A stretch of 64,000 nucleotides of DNA from an uncultured Clostridia bacterium (GTDB lineage: Bacteria; Bacillota; Clostridia; Christensenellales; UBA1242). The DNA lies in the NCBI GenBank assembly GCA_944376905.1, contig CALWEA010000001.1:144487-208486 (forward strand), read 5' to 3'. Positions 39,219-48,620 of the stretch are shown here, one piece after another; position 1 is the stretch's first letter, and the number at the start of each line of letters is the position of its first letter. The position numbers and the translations under genes are program-made. The notes beneath the pieces are model-generated. The model made no database searches. It was not told the origin of the DNA and saw only the letters and a list, made by a program, of their open reading frames with translations.

Positions 39219-40853
39219 ATGAAACAAAAGCCTAAAATGTTGCCACATAGTATGGAGGCAGAACAAGCAGTTTTGGCTTGTGTTTTAATTGATGAGGAAG
39301 CACCTTTAACTATTTTAAGTTTGCTTCAACCAGAAGATTTTTATAGTGAATCTCATAAAATTATTTTTGAGAATATGAATCGTTTGAATATTGATGGTCA
39401 ACCTATTGATTTTGTTACATTGGTTAATAAGTTGGAAAGTGCTGGAAAGTTGGCAGAAGTTGGTGGTTTGGATTACATAACTACTTTGACAAACACTTTG
39501 CCTAGTGCTGTTAATTTTAAGCATTATGTTGAAATTGTTAAAAATCATTCTCGTTTAAGACAATTAATTTTAGCAGGACAACATATAACCGAAAAAGCTT
39601 ATGAAGATGTTGACGGGTTAGAAGTTCTTGCTTACGCTGAAAAACAAATTTTTGATATTGGTGAAAAAGAAGATACTTCTTCGCTTGAGCATATTGAAAA
39701 AGGTTTGAAAGCGGTTATGAATAAATTTGAAATGCTTGCAAAAGATAAAAATGCTTTAAAAGGAATTCCAACAGGTTTTGCGCAATTTGACCAAATAACT
39801 AATGGTTTGCAAAATAGTGATTTAATACTTCTTGCCGCTCGTCCTGGATTTGGTAAAACCAGTTTGGCAATGAATATGCTTAACTATGCGGCAATTAATC
39901 ATGGAAAATCATGTGCAATTTTTTCTTTGGAAATGCCGGTTACTCAACTTGTTCAGCGTTCTTTGTGTAGTGTTGCATGTGTTAATATGGCCGATGCTTT
40001 AAGTGGGAATTTAAAAGATGAAGAGTGGAATAAGATTTGGGTCGCAAATAAAAAATTAAATGATGCAAAGATTTATATTGATGATTCAAGTATAAATACA
40101 CCTCGTGATATATTATCTAAATGTCGTCGTCTTAAAAGAGAAAGGGGATTAGACATAGTTATGATTGACTACTTACAGTTAATGAAAAGTGGAATAAAAC
40201 AAGATAATAGAGTTTTGGAAATTGGTGAAATAACAAGAAGTTTGAAAATTGCCGCTAAAGAATTAAATGTTCCTATTATTTTGCTTTCACAACTTTCAAG
40301 AAGTGCGGAGTCGCGTAAGGACCATAGACCTATGCTTGCTGATTTGCGTGATTCAGGAGCAATTGAGCAAGATGCTGATATTGTGCTTTTTATTTACAAA
40401 CCAGATATGTATAATGATGTTGTTAATGAAGATGGCGAAGGTATTTGTGAAATAGAAATAGCAAAACATAGAAATGGTTCTTTAGGAAAAGTTAAAGTTC
40501 GTTGGGTTGGTGAGTGGGTTACATTTTTGGATATGAATGCAAATTATCCTAAAAAACAAAAACCTAGTTCTCAAATTAATAATTCAAATTCAACAGATTC
40601 TTCTAATAATCAAGGTGATGGCTTTAATGACAATTATGATTTTAATCACATCAATAATAATCATGCGAATGGGGAACAAAATGAAGATTATTCAACAGTT
40701 GAAAATTTAGCATCTTTGGAAGATGAAATGAACTATACTGATGCAGATGCTCCTATTCAACAAGAAGATAATGTTTTTTTAGGAACTAATGAAGAATTAA
40801 ACGAATTAATGAATAAATTTTCCTCAAATGATGAAGATGATAAAAAAGAATAA
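39219..40853 (+). CDS. dnaB: Replicative DNA helicase DnaB (DnaC in Bacillus nomenclature) with an ~100-aa N/D/E-rich C-terminal extension
   Basis: PHSMEAEQAVLACVLID, Walker A AARPGFGKTSLAMN, IDYLQLM, SQLSR, RDSGAIEQDADIV. ATG 39219 follows GGGAGGGAG. Confidence 0.95.
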   Translation: MKQKPKMLPHSMEAEQAVLACVLIDEEAPLTILSLLQPEDFYSESHKIIFENMNRLNIDGQPIDFVTLVNKLESAGKLAEVGGLDYITTLTNTLPSAVNFKHYVEIVKNHSRLRQLILAGQHITEKAYEDVDGLEVLAYAEKQIFDIGEKEDTSSLEHIEKGLKAVMNKFEMLAKDKNALKGIPTGFAQFDQITNGLQNSDLILLAARPGFGKTSLAMNMLNYAAINHGKSCAIFSLEMPVTQLVQRSLCSVACVNMADALSGNLKDEEWNKIWVANKKLNDAKIYIDDSSINTPRDILSKCRRLKRERGLDIVMIDYLQLMKSGIKQDNRVLEIGEITRSLKIAAKELNVPIILLSQLSRSAESRKDHRPMLADLRDSGAIEQDADIVLFIYKPDMYNDVVNEDGEGICEIEIAKHRNGSLGKVKVRWVGEWVTFLDMNANYPKKQKPSSQINNSNSTDSSNNQGDGFNDNYDFNHINNNHANGEQNEDYSTVENLASLEDEMNYTDADAPIQQEDNVFLGTNEELNELMNKFSSNDEDDKKE

Positions 40854-40878
40854 GTTTGATTTATTCTTTTTTTTTATA
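40845..40878 (+). terminator. Intrinsic terminator after dnaB
   Basis: AAAGAATAA-gtttgat-TTATTCTTT followed by a T-run. Confidence 0.65.
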
Positions 40879-41056
40879 TTTTTTTTCATTGTTTTTTAAT
40901 TTTGATTTATTTAAAGTTTAATTATTTCTTATAATTAAATTTTTGTTAAAATTTTTTACATTTTATAATATTTGTTAATTTTTAATTTATTTTTTATTTA
41001 CTTATAACTATCATTTTTTTATGAATAATTTATAAAATTTAAATAAAAATAAAATT

Positions 41057-41665
41057 ATGAAATATTTTTTTTCTTATTTTTGTATTTGCTTAATATTCTT
41101 GTCTTGCGGTTTATCTGCAATTTTTTCTTATCCAGTTTTTTCTCAAAGTGGAACTTTAACAAGTAATCAACAACAAATAATTAATGATGAAAACGAAGAT
41201 GAAAAATATGTTGTTGGAGGTGTTCAAAGATTAAAAGTTATAAGTTTAAATTGGTTTGATGCTGTTAATACAATTTTTACTAAATATAAAAATACAAAAG
41301 TTATTGATGTTCAAACAGGAACGATTTATTATGTACAAAGAACTGGTGGATATAATCATGCAGATGTTGAGCCAATAGATAAAGAAAATATGTTGAAATT
41401 TTATGGAATCTATAATAATGAGTGGAGTTGGGTGCGTCGACCAGTATGGGTTGAGATTAATGGAATGTGGGTTGCTGGTTCAATTAATGGTATGCCACAT
41501 GGCTATTCTCTTATTACAGATAATGGACAAGATGGCCACACTTGTATACATTTCGAAAAAAGTAAAACCCACGGAACAAAACGCGTTGATGAGGCGCATC
41601 AAGAGGCGGTGCAAACAGCACTAAAAAGAGGAGATGAAATAAATTATATAAATTTAGATGAATAA
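41057..41665 (+). CDS. Hypothetical secreted protein
   Basis: N-terminal signal sequence MKYFFSYFCICLIFLSCGLSAIFSYPVFSQ. His-rich conserved-looking core (GGYNHADVEP, GMPHG, GHTCIHFEKSKTHG) that I cannot assign. Confidence 0.65.
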   Translation: MKYFFSYFCICLIFLSCGLSAIFSYPVFSQSGTLTSNQQQIINDENEDEKYVVGGVQRLKVISLNWFDAVNTIFTKYKNTKVIDVQTGTIYYVQRTGGYNHADVEPIDKENMLKFYGIYNNEWSWVRRPVWVEINGMWVAGSINGMPHGYSLITDNGQDGHTCIHFEKSKTHGTKRVDEAHQEAVQTALKRGDEINYINLDE

Positions 41666-41713
41666 TTTTTAAGTTTAAGTTGAAGTTTGTAAGAATTTAA
41701 ATAGTTATAAAAT

Positions 41714-41752
41714 AAAAAAAAGATTTCATATCAAATAGAAATCTTTTTTTAT
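41714..41752. terminator. Bidirectional terminator between convergent genes
   Basis: AAAAAAGATTTC-atatcaaata-GAAATCTTTTTTT. Confidence 0.75.
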
Positions 41753-41881
41753 ATAAAATTAATATTTTTAAAATATTATTTATAAAACTTAGTTGTTTTT
41801 CATATTTTTTTATTTAATGAAATTAATTTACAATTTTATTTTAATAATAGTTATAATAAAATATAAATTATACATTATACA

Positions 41882-42238
41882 TTAATCTGCTTTATAAGGA
41901 AGAATTGCCATATTACGAGCACGTTTAATTGCTTTTGCAAGCATTCTTTGGTGCATTGAGCAAGTTCCTGTTTGACGACGAGGTAAAATTTTTCCTTTTT
42001 CTGTTATAAAATGTTTCAATTTTGCTGAATCTTTATAATCTATTTGGTTTGATTTATCAACGCAAAAAGCACAAACTTTTTTGCGTCCCTGTCTTTTAAA
42101 TTTTTTTGGACGTTCTGCAAATTCTTTAACAGAAACTTTCTTTTCAGTTTTATTTTCTTGTTTGTCGGTTAAATTTTTTTCTTCATTTTCAACTGTTTCA
42201 CTAACTTCCAAATTTTTGTTTTCAATATTTTCTGCCAT
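41882..42238 (-). CDS. rpsR: 30S ribosomal protein S18 with an ~40-aa acidic N-terminal extension
   Basis: [64 protein letters not shown]. Start set at ATG 42238 (AAAGGAG RBS), not the track start at 42349. Confidence 0.93.
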   Translation of the reverse strand: MAENIENKNLEVSETVENEEKNLTDKQENKTEKKVSVKEFAERPKKFKRQGRKKVCAFCVDKSNQIDYKDSAKLKHFITEKGKILPRRQTGTCSMHQRMLAKAIKRARNMAILPYKAD

Positions 42239-42263
42239 TTTGACTCCTTTTAATAATTTCAAT

Positions 42264-42671
42264 TTAGAAAGGAAGACTATCGTCTTCAATAGGTTCAAGT
42301 TCGCTAACTTCAGATTTTTCTGGTTTTGAAATCGGAGTTTCTTCTCCATTTTGACTGCGAGAGTTCAAAAATTCAACTTCATCAGCAACTATTTCGGTTA
42401 TATATTTTTTTGTTCCATCATTTGCTTCATAAGAGCGAGTTTGAATACTTCCAACAACTCCACATTTACTACCTTTTTTCAAATACTTATGACAATTTTC
42501 GGCTTGATTTCTCCAAACAACAATGTTTAAAAAATCTGTTTCTCGTTCTCCTGTTGAACTAGGAAAGCGTCTACTAATAGCAATAGTAAAACGACAAACA
42601 GAAATACCACTATTTGTTGTTATAAGTTCTGGGTCTTTTGTTAAATTGCCAACTAAAATAACTTTGTTCAT
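42264..42671 (-). CDS. ssb: Single-stranded DNA-binding protein
   Basis: [16 protein letters not shown]...FTIA OB-fold start and acidic C-terminal tip EDDSLPF. Confidence 0.95.
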   Translation of the reverse strand: MNKVILVGNLTKDPELITTNSGISVCRFTIAISRRFPSSTGERETDFLNIVVWRNQAENCHKYLKKGSKCGVVGSIQTRSYEANDGTKKYITEIVADEVEFLNSRSQNGEETPISKPEKSEVSELEPIEDDSLPF

Positions 42672-42703
42672 AATTTCTCCTTTTTTTAAACAAACGCGAA
42701 TTA

Positions 42704-42988
42704 CTAATCACGAACAGTGAACATTTTTCTTATAATTGATTCTGTTATATTCATAACATTATCCATTTCACGAACAATACTTGGTTCTGCTTCAAAATTC
42801 ATTAAAACAAAATATCCTTCATTTTTGAATTTAATAGGATATGCAAGTTTTTTCATTCCCCATTTATCAATTCCGAGAACATTACCTTTTTTGTCTTCAA
42901 CAAATTTTTTAAATTTGGCAATTAAGGCTTCTCTTTGTTCTTCTGTTGTATCTTGAGAAATAGCGTATAGAAGTTCATATTTTTTCAT
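42704..42988 (-). CDS. rpsF: 30S ribosomal protein S6
   Basis: MKKYELLYAISQD...KWGMKKLAYPIK...GYFVLMNFEA. Heads the rpsF-ssb-rpsR operon. Confidence 0.95.
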   Translation of the reverse strand: MKKYELLYAISQDTTEEQREALIAKFKKFVEDKKGNVLGIDKWGMKKLAYPIKFKNEGYFVLMNFEAEPSIVREMDNVMNITESIIRKMFTVRD

Positions 42989-43058
42989 GTTTACCTCCTT
43001 TTGGACTTATGGTGTTTAATCTTTAAACACAAGGACGAATATAAATTAATATTCATAG
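42989..43058 (-). promoter_or_regulatory. Structured rpsF 5' leader (candidate S6:S18 autoregulatory leader)
   Basis: The minus-strand transcript has hairpins GAAUAU-uaauuu-AUAUUC and GUGUUUAA-aga-UUAAACAC. UCCUU upstream of the second hairpin can pair with the AAGGA of the RBS. Assignment to the known rpsF-leader class is tentative. Confidence 0.4.
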
Positions 43059-43063
43059 CGAGA

Positions 43064-43092
43064 AGTATATCATATTTTAAAATAAAATGCAA
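43064..43092 (-). promoter_or_regulatory. Sigma-A promoter of the rpsF operon
   Basis: Minus strand TTGCAT (43092-43087), 17-nt spacer, TATACT (43069-43064). Confidence 0.6.
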
Positions 43093-43411
43093 TAGATTTT
43101 GTTAAAAGACTGTAAAAACTTATAAAAATTTCACCAAAATCAATAAACAAAAATTATAGATAGAGAATTTTGAAAGTGATTAATGGTTGTGAAAAATATT
43201 AATATTTGTAAAAATCATTAAAAATAATAAAAAATACATAGATGGTTGTAAAAATTTATAAATGATTAATTAAAAAGTTTTTTAAGATAATTTGAAATAA
43301 GTTTAAAATAATTTTAAAACAAGGTTAAAATAAAAAATAATTTAAAACCAAATTTAAAATAGTTTTAAAAAAGTTTTAAAACAATATTTATAAATAATAT
43401 TTTGTATAAAA

Positions 43412-45214
43412 ATGTCAAATGTGAATAAAAAAAAATTACTTTCAAAAAATAACTTTGTGAAAAATGATATAGCAAAAGGTGCTTTAATTTTAATTATTGC
43501 TGGTATTCTTGGTAAAATCTTAGGGGCTATTTATCGAATTCCTCTTTCAAATATTTTAGGGGCTGAGGGAATTGGTATTTATCAAATGATTTTTCCAGTT
43601 TTTTCTTTGGCTTTAATTATTAGTTCTAGTGGTGTAAGTGCTAATATGGCGCAAAGCATTGCTAGATGTAGAGCAGAAAAAATTGGTTGCATAAAAAAAA
43701 TATTTATTAGTGGTTTTATTTATTCTTTAATAGTTGGTCTTATTTTTGCCGTTATTATGTTTGTGTTGGCAAAAGATATTTCTTTATTACAGGGAAATCA
43801 ACTTGCAACGCAAGGTTACAAAATTATGGCATTAGCTTTGATTTTTGCAAGTTTGCTCGCACCTTTTAGAGGTTTTTTTCAAGGTTATCAAAATATGGTT
43901 CCAACTGCGACAAGTCAAATTTTAGAACAATTATTTAAGGTCGCCTTGGGTTTGACTCTTGCTTTTATTTTAACAAAACAAAGTTTAGAAATGGGTGTTG
44001 TTGGGGCTTTTTTAGGAATAACATTTGCAGAATTTTTTGCGATGGTTTATTTAATTATAAAATTTTTTATATTTAAACATTCAAGCAAAACTAATTTTTT
44101 ATTTAATGAAAATAAAGACAAACTAAAACTAAAAGAAAAATTTGATTATTATAATCAAGAAGATTTAAGTAATAAAAAATTTTTAATTTATAACAAAAAT
44201 ATAAAATATATAATTAATAATAAAAAATTAAATATAAATTTAACAACTGAAAAAACAAGTGGGGATATTAATAAGAATTTGTTAAACAAAAACAAACAAT
44301 CAAGTATAAACAACAAATCTTTCTTTCTTCATAATATAACGTTTACATTAAGTTTTTTAATAATTCCTCTAATTACAGCATTTGATAGTTTTGTTGTTAT
44401 CAATTTATTAAATAAAAATTTTGTTGACAGTTTTTCAACGGCATTATATGGTTTGCAAAGTGGAATTGTTAATTCCTTAATTAATTTTCCAGTTATTATT
44501 TCGGTTGCTATTTCTTTATCTCTTTTGCCGTCTTTAACTTATCTTTTAACAAAAAATAAAATTGAAGAAGCGTCTTTGAAAATAAAAAAAATCTTTTCAA
44601 TGTTGTGGATTGTTATTATTCCTTGCGTTATTTCTTTTGTTATTCTTGCACCTCTAATAATGAATTTGCTATATGCAGATATAGAACCTTATCTTCTAAC
44701 TATTTCTTCACAGTTATTACAAATTAGTTCTATTCAAATTCTCTTTATAAGTTTACTTCAAATATGTATTGCAGTTTTTCAAAGTATGGGCAAAGAAAAT
44801 GTTCCAATTGGAATTATGAGTATAGGTGCTTTATTTAAAGTTGGACTAACAGTTTTATTAGTTTCTTCCTCTAAATTTACTATTTTCGGTTTAGCAATTT
44901 CTAATTTAATTTTTTATGCTTTTTCATCTATATTTTGTTTAATTTTAATTAAAAAAGTTTTTAATTTTACTTTAAGTTTTAAACTTCTTTGTGTTTCGGC
45001 GGGCTCATCTTTAATTTTAGCATCAAGTTTTTATATTTTAAATGTATTATCTATTGGAATTTGGGCAAAAATTAGTTTGATTGTAATTTTTGGTGGTTGT
45101 TTTTATATTATTCCTTTATTTTTATTTGGTATATTAAATTTTGAAGAAATAAAAACAATGTTCAAATTAAAGAAACAAGATAATAAGAAATTAAATGGAG
45201 TTAAAAATGAATAA
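43412..45214 (+). CDS. MOP-superfamily flippase (MurJ/SpoVB/YtgP-like lipid II or polysaccharide flippase) with an ~80-aa N/K-rich insertion
   Basis: 600 aa, about 14 TM. ILGKILGAIYRIPLSNILGAEGIGIYQMIFPVF and FRGFFQGYQNMVPTA are typical of this family. Insert is at about aa 222-305. Confidence 0.8.
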   Translation: MSNVNKKKLLSKNNFVKNDIAKGALILIIAGILGKILGAIYRIPLSNILGAEGIGIYQMIFPVFSLALIISSSGVSANMAQSIARCRAEKIGCIKKIFISGFIYSLIVGLIFAVIMFVLAKDISLLQGNQLATQGYKIMALALIFASLLAPFRGFFQGYQNMVPTATSQILEQLFKVALGLTLAFILTKQSLEMGVVGAFLGITFAEFFAMVYLIIKFFIFKHSSKTNFLFNENKDKLKLKEKFDYYNQEDLSNKKFLIYNKNIKYIINNKKLNINLTTEKTSGDINKNLLNKNKQSSINNKSFFLHNITFTLSFLIIPLITAFDSFVVINLLNKNFVDSFSTALYGLQSGIVNSLINFPVIISVAISLSLLPSLTYLLTKNKIEEASLKIKKIFSMLWIVIIPCVISFVILAPLIMNLLYADIEPYLLTISSQLLQISSIQILFISLLQICIAVFQSMGKENVPIGIMSIGALFKVGLTVLLVSSSKFTIFGLAISNLIFYAFSSIFCLILIKKVFNFTLSFKLLCVSAGSSLILASSFYILNVLSIGIWAKISLIVIFGGCFYIIPLFLFGILNFEEIKTMFKLKKQDNKKLNGVKNE

Positions 45215-45476
45215 AAAAAATGTTGTTAAGATTTTAAGTAAAGAAGTTAATATTCCTAAAAATAGAGTTGAAAGACTTTTAGATTCTTTACAAATTTTAA
45301 TTCTAGATGCATTAAGAAAAGGTGAGGTTATTAATTTTACAGGTTTTATTAAATTTTATACTAGGCAAAGAAATGAAAGAGTTTTTGTTAATTTTCAAAC
45401 CGGCGAAAGTTTTGTTGCACCTGCAAAATTGGTGCCATGTGTTAAATTTTCAAGTAAATTTATTGAAAGTTTATAA
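45207..45476 (+). CDS. HU/IHF-family DNA-binding protein (divergent)
   Basis: MNKKNVVKILSKEV...FTGFIKFYTRQRNERVFVNFQTGESFVAPAKLVPCVKFS fits the HU fold pattern. ATG 45207 follows GGAG and overlaps the flippase stop by 8 nt. Confidence 0.75.
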   Translation: MNKKNVVKILSKEVNIPKNRVERLLDSLQILILDALRKGEVINFTGFIKFYTRQRNERVFVNFQTGESFVAPAKLVPCVKFSSKFIESL

Positions 45477-45565
45477 AAAAATATAATTAAAATTATTTGA
45501 ATATTATTTGAATATTATTATAATTTAATTTTTGTATATAACTTGTTCGATTTAATTAAAAATAT

Positions 45566-45599
45566 AAACTATTAAATTTTTTGTTTAATAGTTTTTTTT
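45566..45599 (+). terminator. Intrinsic terminator after the HU-like gene
   Basis: AAACTATTAAA-ttttttg-TTTAATAGTTT followed by TTTTT. Confidence 0.65.
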
Positions 45600-45767
45600 A
45601 TTGAAATATTATAAATTTTAATAAGCATTATTTTTAATTTTATTTCAAACTTAAGTTTAATTTGTATGGCAAAAAATATTAATACTTAAATTATTTTAAA
45701 AACTTGATTTGTCTAATAAATTTTGATAATATGTTTTTATAATTTTTGTTAATAGGGGTATTTACTT

Positions 45768-47006
45768 TTGAAAATTGATAAATTAAATTTTAAGCATAAT
45801 TTGTTTCTGGCACCAATGGCAGGAGTTACAGATTTTGCGTTTAGAAGTTTAGCGCGAGAAATGGGGGCAGATTTTTCTTATACAGAAATGGTTAGTGCAA
45901 AGGGCTTGGTCTTTAACCAGTTAAAAACTAATAAAAAATTATTAGATAAAAATCTAAATACTTGTTTTAATTGTGATAATTCTAATGATTTATGCAAGAA
46001 TAATGATATTTTAGATAATTGTCAAAACTTTTCTCTTTTAAATTCTTGCTTTGATGAAGAAAATAGTAGTTTAGAAAAGAATTTAACTGAATATGAAAAA
46101 ATGCTTTATACTTCTAAATTGGAAAATCCTGTTGCTGTTCAAATTTTTGGAAGTGATGCAGAATTTATGGAAAAAGCGGTTAAATTGCAACAACTACAAA
46201 AATTTGATATTATTGATATTAATATGGGGTGTCCTGCTCCAAAAATTGTTAAAAATGGAGATGGAAGCGCACTTTTAAAAGATTTAAAAAAGGCCGTTGA
46301 TGTTGCCAATGCTGTTGTTAAGTCAACAACTAAACCTGTAACAGTAAAAATGAGGTTGGGTTTTGGGGCTGATGAAAATAAAAGCGTTGAACTTGGAAGA
46401 ATGTTGCAAGATGTTGGTGTAAGTGCAGTATGTATCCATGGTCGAACTAGGGAACAATTTTATTCGGGTAAAGTAAATTTTGAAGCGATTGCAACTTTAA
46501 AATCTAAATTAAATATTCCTGTTATTGGTAATGGTGATGTTTTTGATGATGCTTCTTATTTTGATATGTTAAAAACTGGCGTTGATGCAGTTATGGTTGG
46601 AAGAGGTGCGTTGGGAAAACCTTGGATATTTAACCAATTATTACATTTTAAAAAGTTGTGTAAAAATAAAAATAATGAAAACAAACAATTAAATACTCAT
46701 TATGATGAATTGGATAATATTTTAATTAATAAAAATTTAGATAAACAAAAAGATGATGTTTGTTATGATAATTCTAATTTAATTAATAAAATAGATATAA
46801 CATCTTCATTTAAAAAAGAAATAATAAAAAAACATATATCTATGCTTCAAAAGGTTTATTCGGAAAAATTTATTGTAACGCATATGCGAAAACATTTATT
46901 ATGGTATGTTAAAGAAATGCCAGATGCAACAAAATATAGACTTCAACTATGTAAAATAAATAGTGTTAAGGAAGCGTTAATTTTATTAGACCAAATTTTT
47001 ATATAA
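45768..47006 (+). CDS. dusB: tRNA-dihydrouridine synthase (DusB-like) with two low-complexity insertions
   Basis: LAPMAGVTDFAFRSLAREMGADFSYTEMVSAKG, DINMGCPAPKIVKNGDGSALL, VTVKMRLG, IHGRTREQ, NGDV, VMVGRGALGKPWIF. TTG start. Confidence 0.9.
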   Translation: MKIDKLNFKHNLFLAPMAGVTDFAFRSLAREMGADFSYTEMVSAKGLVFNQLKTNKKLLDKNLNTCFNCDNSNDLCKNNDILDNCQNFSLLNSCFDEENSSLEKNLTEYEKMLYTSKLENPVAVQIFGSDAEFMEKAVKLQQLQKFDIIDINMGCPAPKIVKNGDGSALLKDLKKAVDVANAVVKSTTKPVTVKMRLGFGADENKSVELGRMLQDVGVSAVCIHGRTREQFYSGKVNFEAIATLKSKLNIPVIGNGDVFDDASYFDMLKTGVDAVMVGRGALGKPWIFNQLLHFKKLCKNKNNENKQLNTHYDELDNILINKNLDKQKDDVCYDNSNLINKIDITSSFKKEIIKKHISMLQKVYSEKFIVTHMRKHLLWYVKEMPDATKYRLQLCKINSVKEALILLDQIFI

Positions 47007-47492
47007 TTTTAAAGCATTTAAATTTTGTTAAATAATAATTTTGCAATTATTTTTAAAGTTTATATTTTTTACAATATTATACATATAAAGATTAGTTTTT
47101 CATACTGTTAAAATTAAATTTTAATAAAAATAATTTTTTTAAAAAATTAAAATGATTTAAAAATTTTTATAATTTATAAAAAAATAATTATATCAAATCT
47201 AATTTAAAGGCATTAAGTTTAAATAAATTTGTTATTAATAGTTAAAATGTTTAACAAAATTATTTAAAATAAATATTTTGATGTAATTTAATCTTGTCAA
47301 AAAGTTGACAATTTAATTTATTTGTTTTAATCTTATTAGATGTATTAATTTTGAAATATAATTTTAAATTATCTATTTTTTAATTATATTTTTATTTTAC
47401 ATTTTTATTTAAATTTTCATAATTTTTAATTTTATTATTTTATTTTATTTTATTTTATTATTTCAATGTTGTATAAAGTTTATGGAGAAAAA

Positions 47493-48518
47493 ATGGAAAC
47501 AAAAATTAACCTTTTAAAAGAAAAATTAAATCAGGAATTAAAGAATATAAATGATAGCAAAAGTTTGTATTCTCTCCAAAGTTCTTATTTGGGGAAAACA
47601 GGAGAAATTTCTTTAATGATGCGTGAGTTGGGAAAGGTAGATAAAGAAGAACGTCCAAAATTAGGTCAGATTATTAATCAATTAAAAGAGTGGGCTATAT
47701 CAAAATTTTTTAACGCATCTCAAACTATTAAATTAAACGAGTTGTTAAGTCGTTATAAAAATGAAGAAATAGATGTTACTTTGCCTGCAAAATCTCAAAA
47801 ATATGGTTCTCTTCATCCGATAACTTTGGTTACTAATGAGTTGTTAGATATTTTTACAGGACTAGGATTTTATGTTTATGAAGGACCGGAAATTGAAAAT
47901 GATTATTACTGTTTTACTGCATTGAATTTACCAAAAGATCACCCTGCAAGAGATATGCAAGACACTTTTTATTTATCAGAAGATTTATTACTTAGGGTGC
48001 AAACTTCTGCTGGACAAATAAGAGCAATGGAGCAAAATAAACCTCCGCTAAAAGTTGTTGTTCCAGGTAGAGTTTATCGTATTGATGATTTAGATAGTAC
48101 ACATAGTCCAATGTTTCATCAAATGGAAGGTTTGGTTATAGATAAACATGTTACGCTTTGTGATTTAAAAGGTGTTTTAGAGATTTTAGCAAAGAAAATG
48201 TTTGGTGAAGAAAGTAAAACGAGATTAAGACCTTCATTTTTCCCATTTACCGAGCCAAGTGTTGAAGTTGATGTAACATGTTGTGGTTGTGGTGGTAAGG
48301 GTTGTAAGATTTGCAAAAACACAGGTTGGATTGAAGTTTTAGGTGCGGGAATGGTCCATCCTAATGTAATAAAAAATGCAGGACTTGACCCCGAAATATA
48401 TTCCGGATTTGCATTTGGGGTGGGATTGGAAAGAATTGCTATTTTAAAATATGGAATTAAAGATTTGAAATGGTTATATGAAAATGATGTTAGATTTTTG
48501 AGTCAATTTAAGATTTAA
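47493..48518 (+). CDS. pheS: Phenylalanine-tRNA ligase alpha subunit
   Basis: HPITLV, DHPARDMQDTFY, LLRVQTSAGQIR, FRPSFFPFTEPS, GFAFGVGLERIA. Start set at ATG 47493 (GGAG RBS). Confidence 0.96.
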   Translation: METKINLLKEKLNQELKNINDSKSLYSLQSSYLGKTGEISLMMRELGKVDKEERPKLGQIINQLKEWAISKFFNASQTIKLNELLSRYKNEEIDVTLPAKSQKYGSLHPITLVTNELLDIFTGLGFYVYEGPEIENDYYCFTALNLPKDHPARDMQDTFYLSEDLLLRVQTSAGQIRAMEQNKPPLKVVVPGRVYRIDDLDSTHSPMFHQMEGLVIDKHVTLCDLKGVLEILAKKMFGEESKTRLRPSFFPFTEPSVEVDVTCCGCGGKGCKICKNTGWIEVLGAGMVHPNVIKNAGLDPEIYSGFAFGVGLERIAILKYGIKDLKWLYENDVRFLSQFKI

Positions 48519-48620
48519 ATTTGTTTAAATTCATATTTTTGAATATAACCATATTATATTTATTTTAATTATTAATTATATTATATTTGTTTAATTATAT
48601 TTGTTTTTAAAGAGGAGAAA

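Noticed and set aside
47007-47492. Expected T-box riboswitch leader upstream of pheS
   Set aside because: The region is almost entirely A/T. I could find no specifier or antiterminator helices and no conserved T-box sequence (AGGGUGGUACCGCG-like). It is reported only as an absence, pending a covariance-model search.
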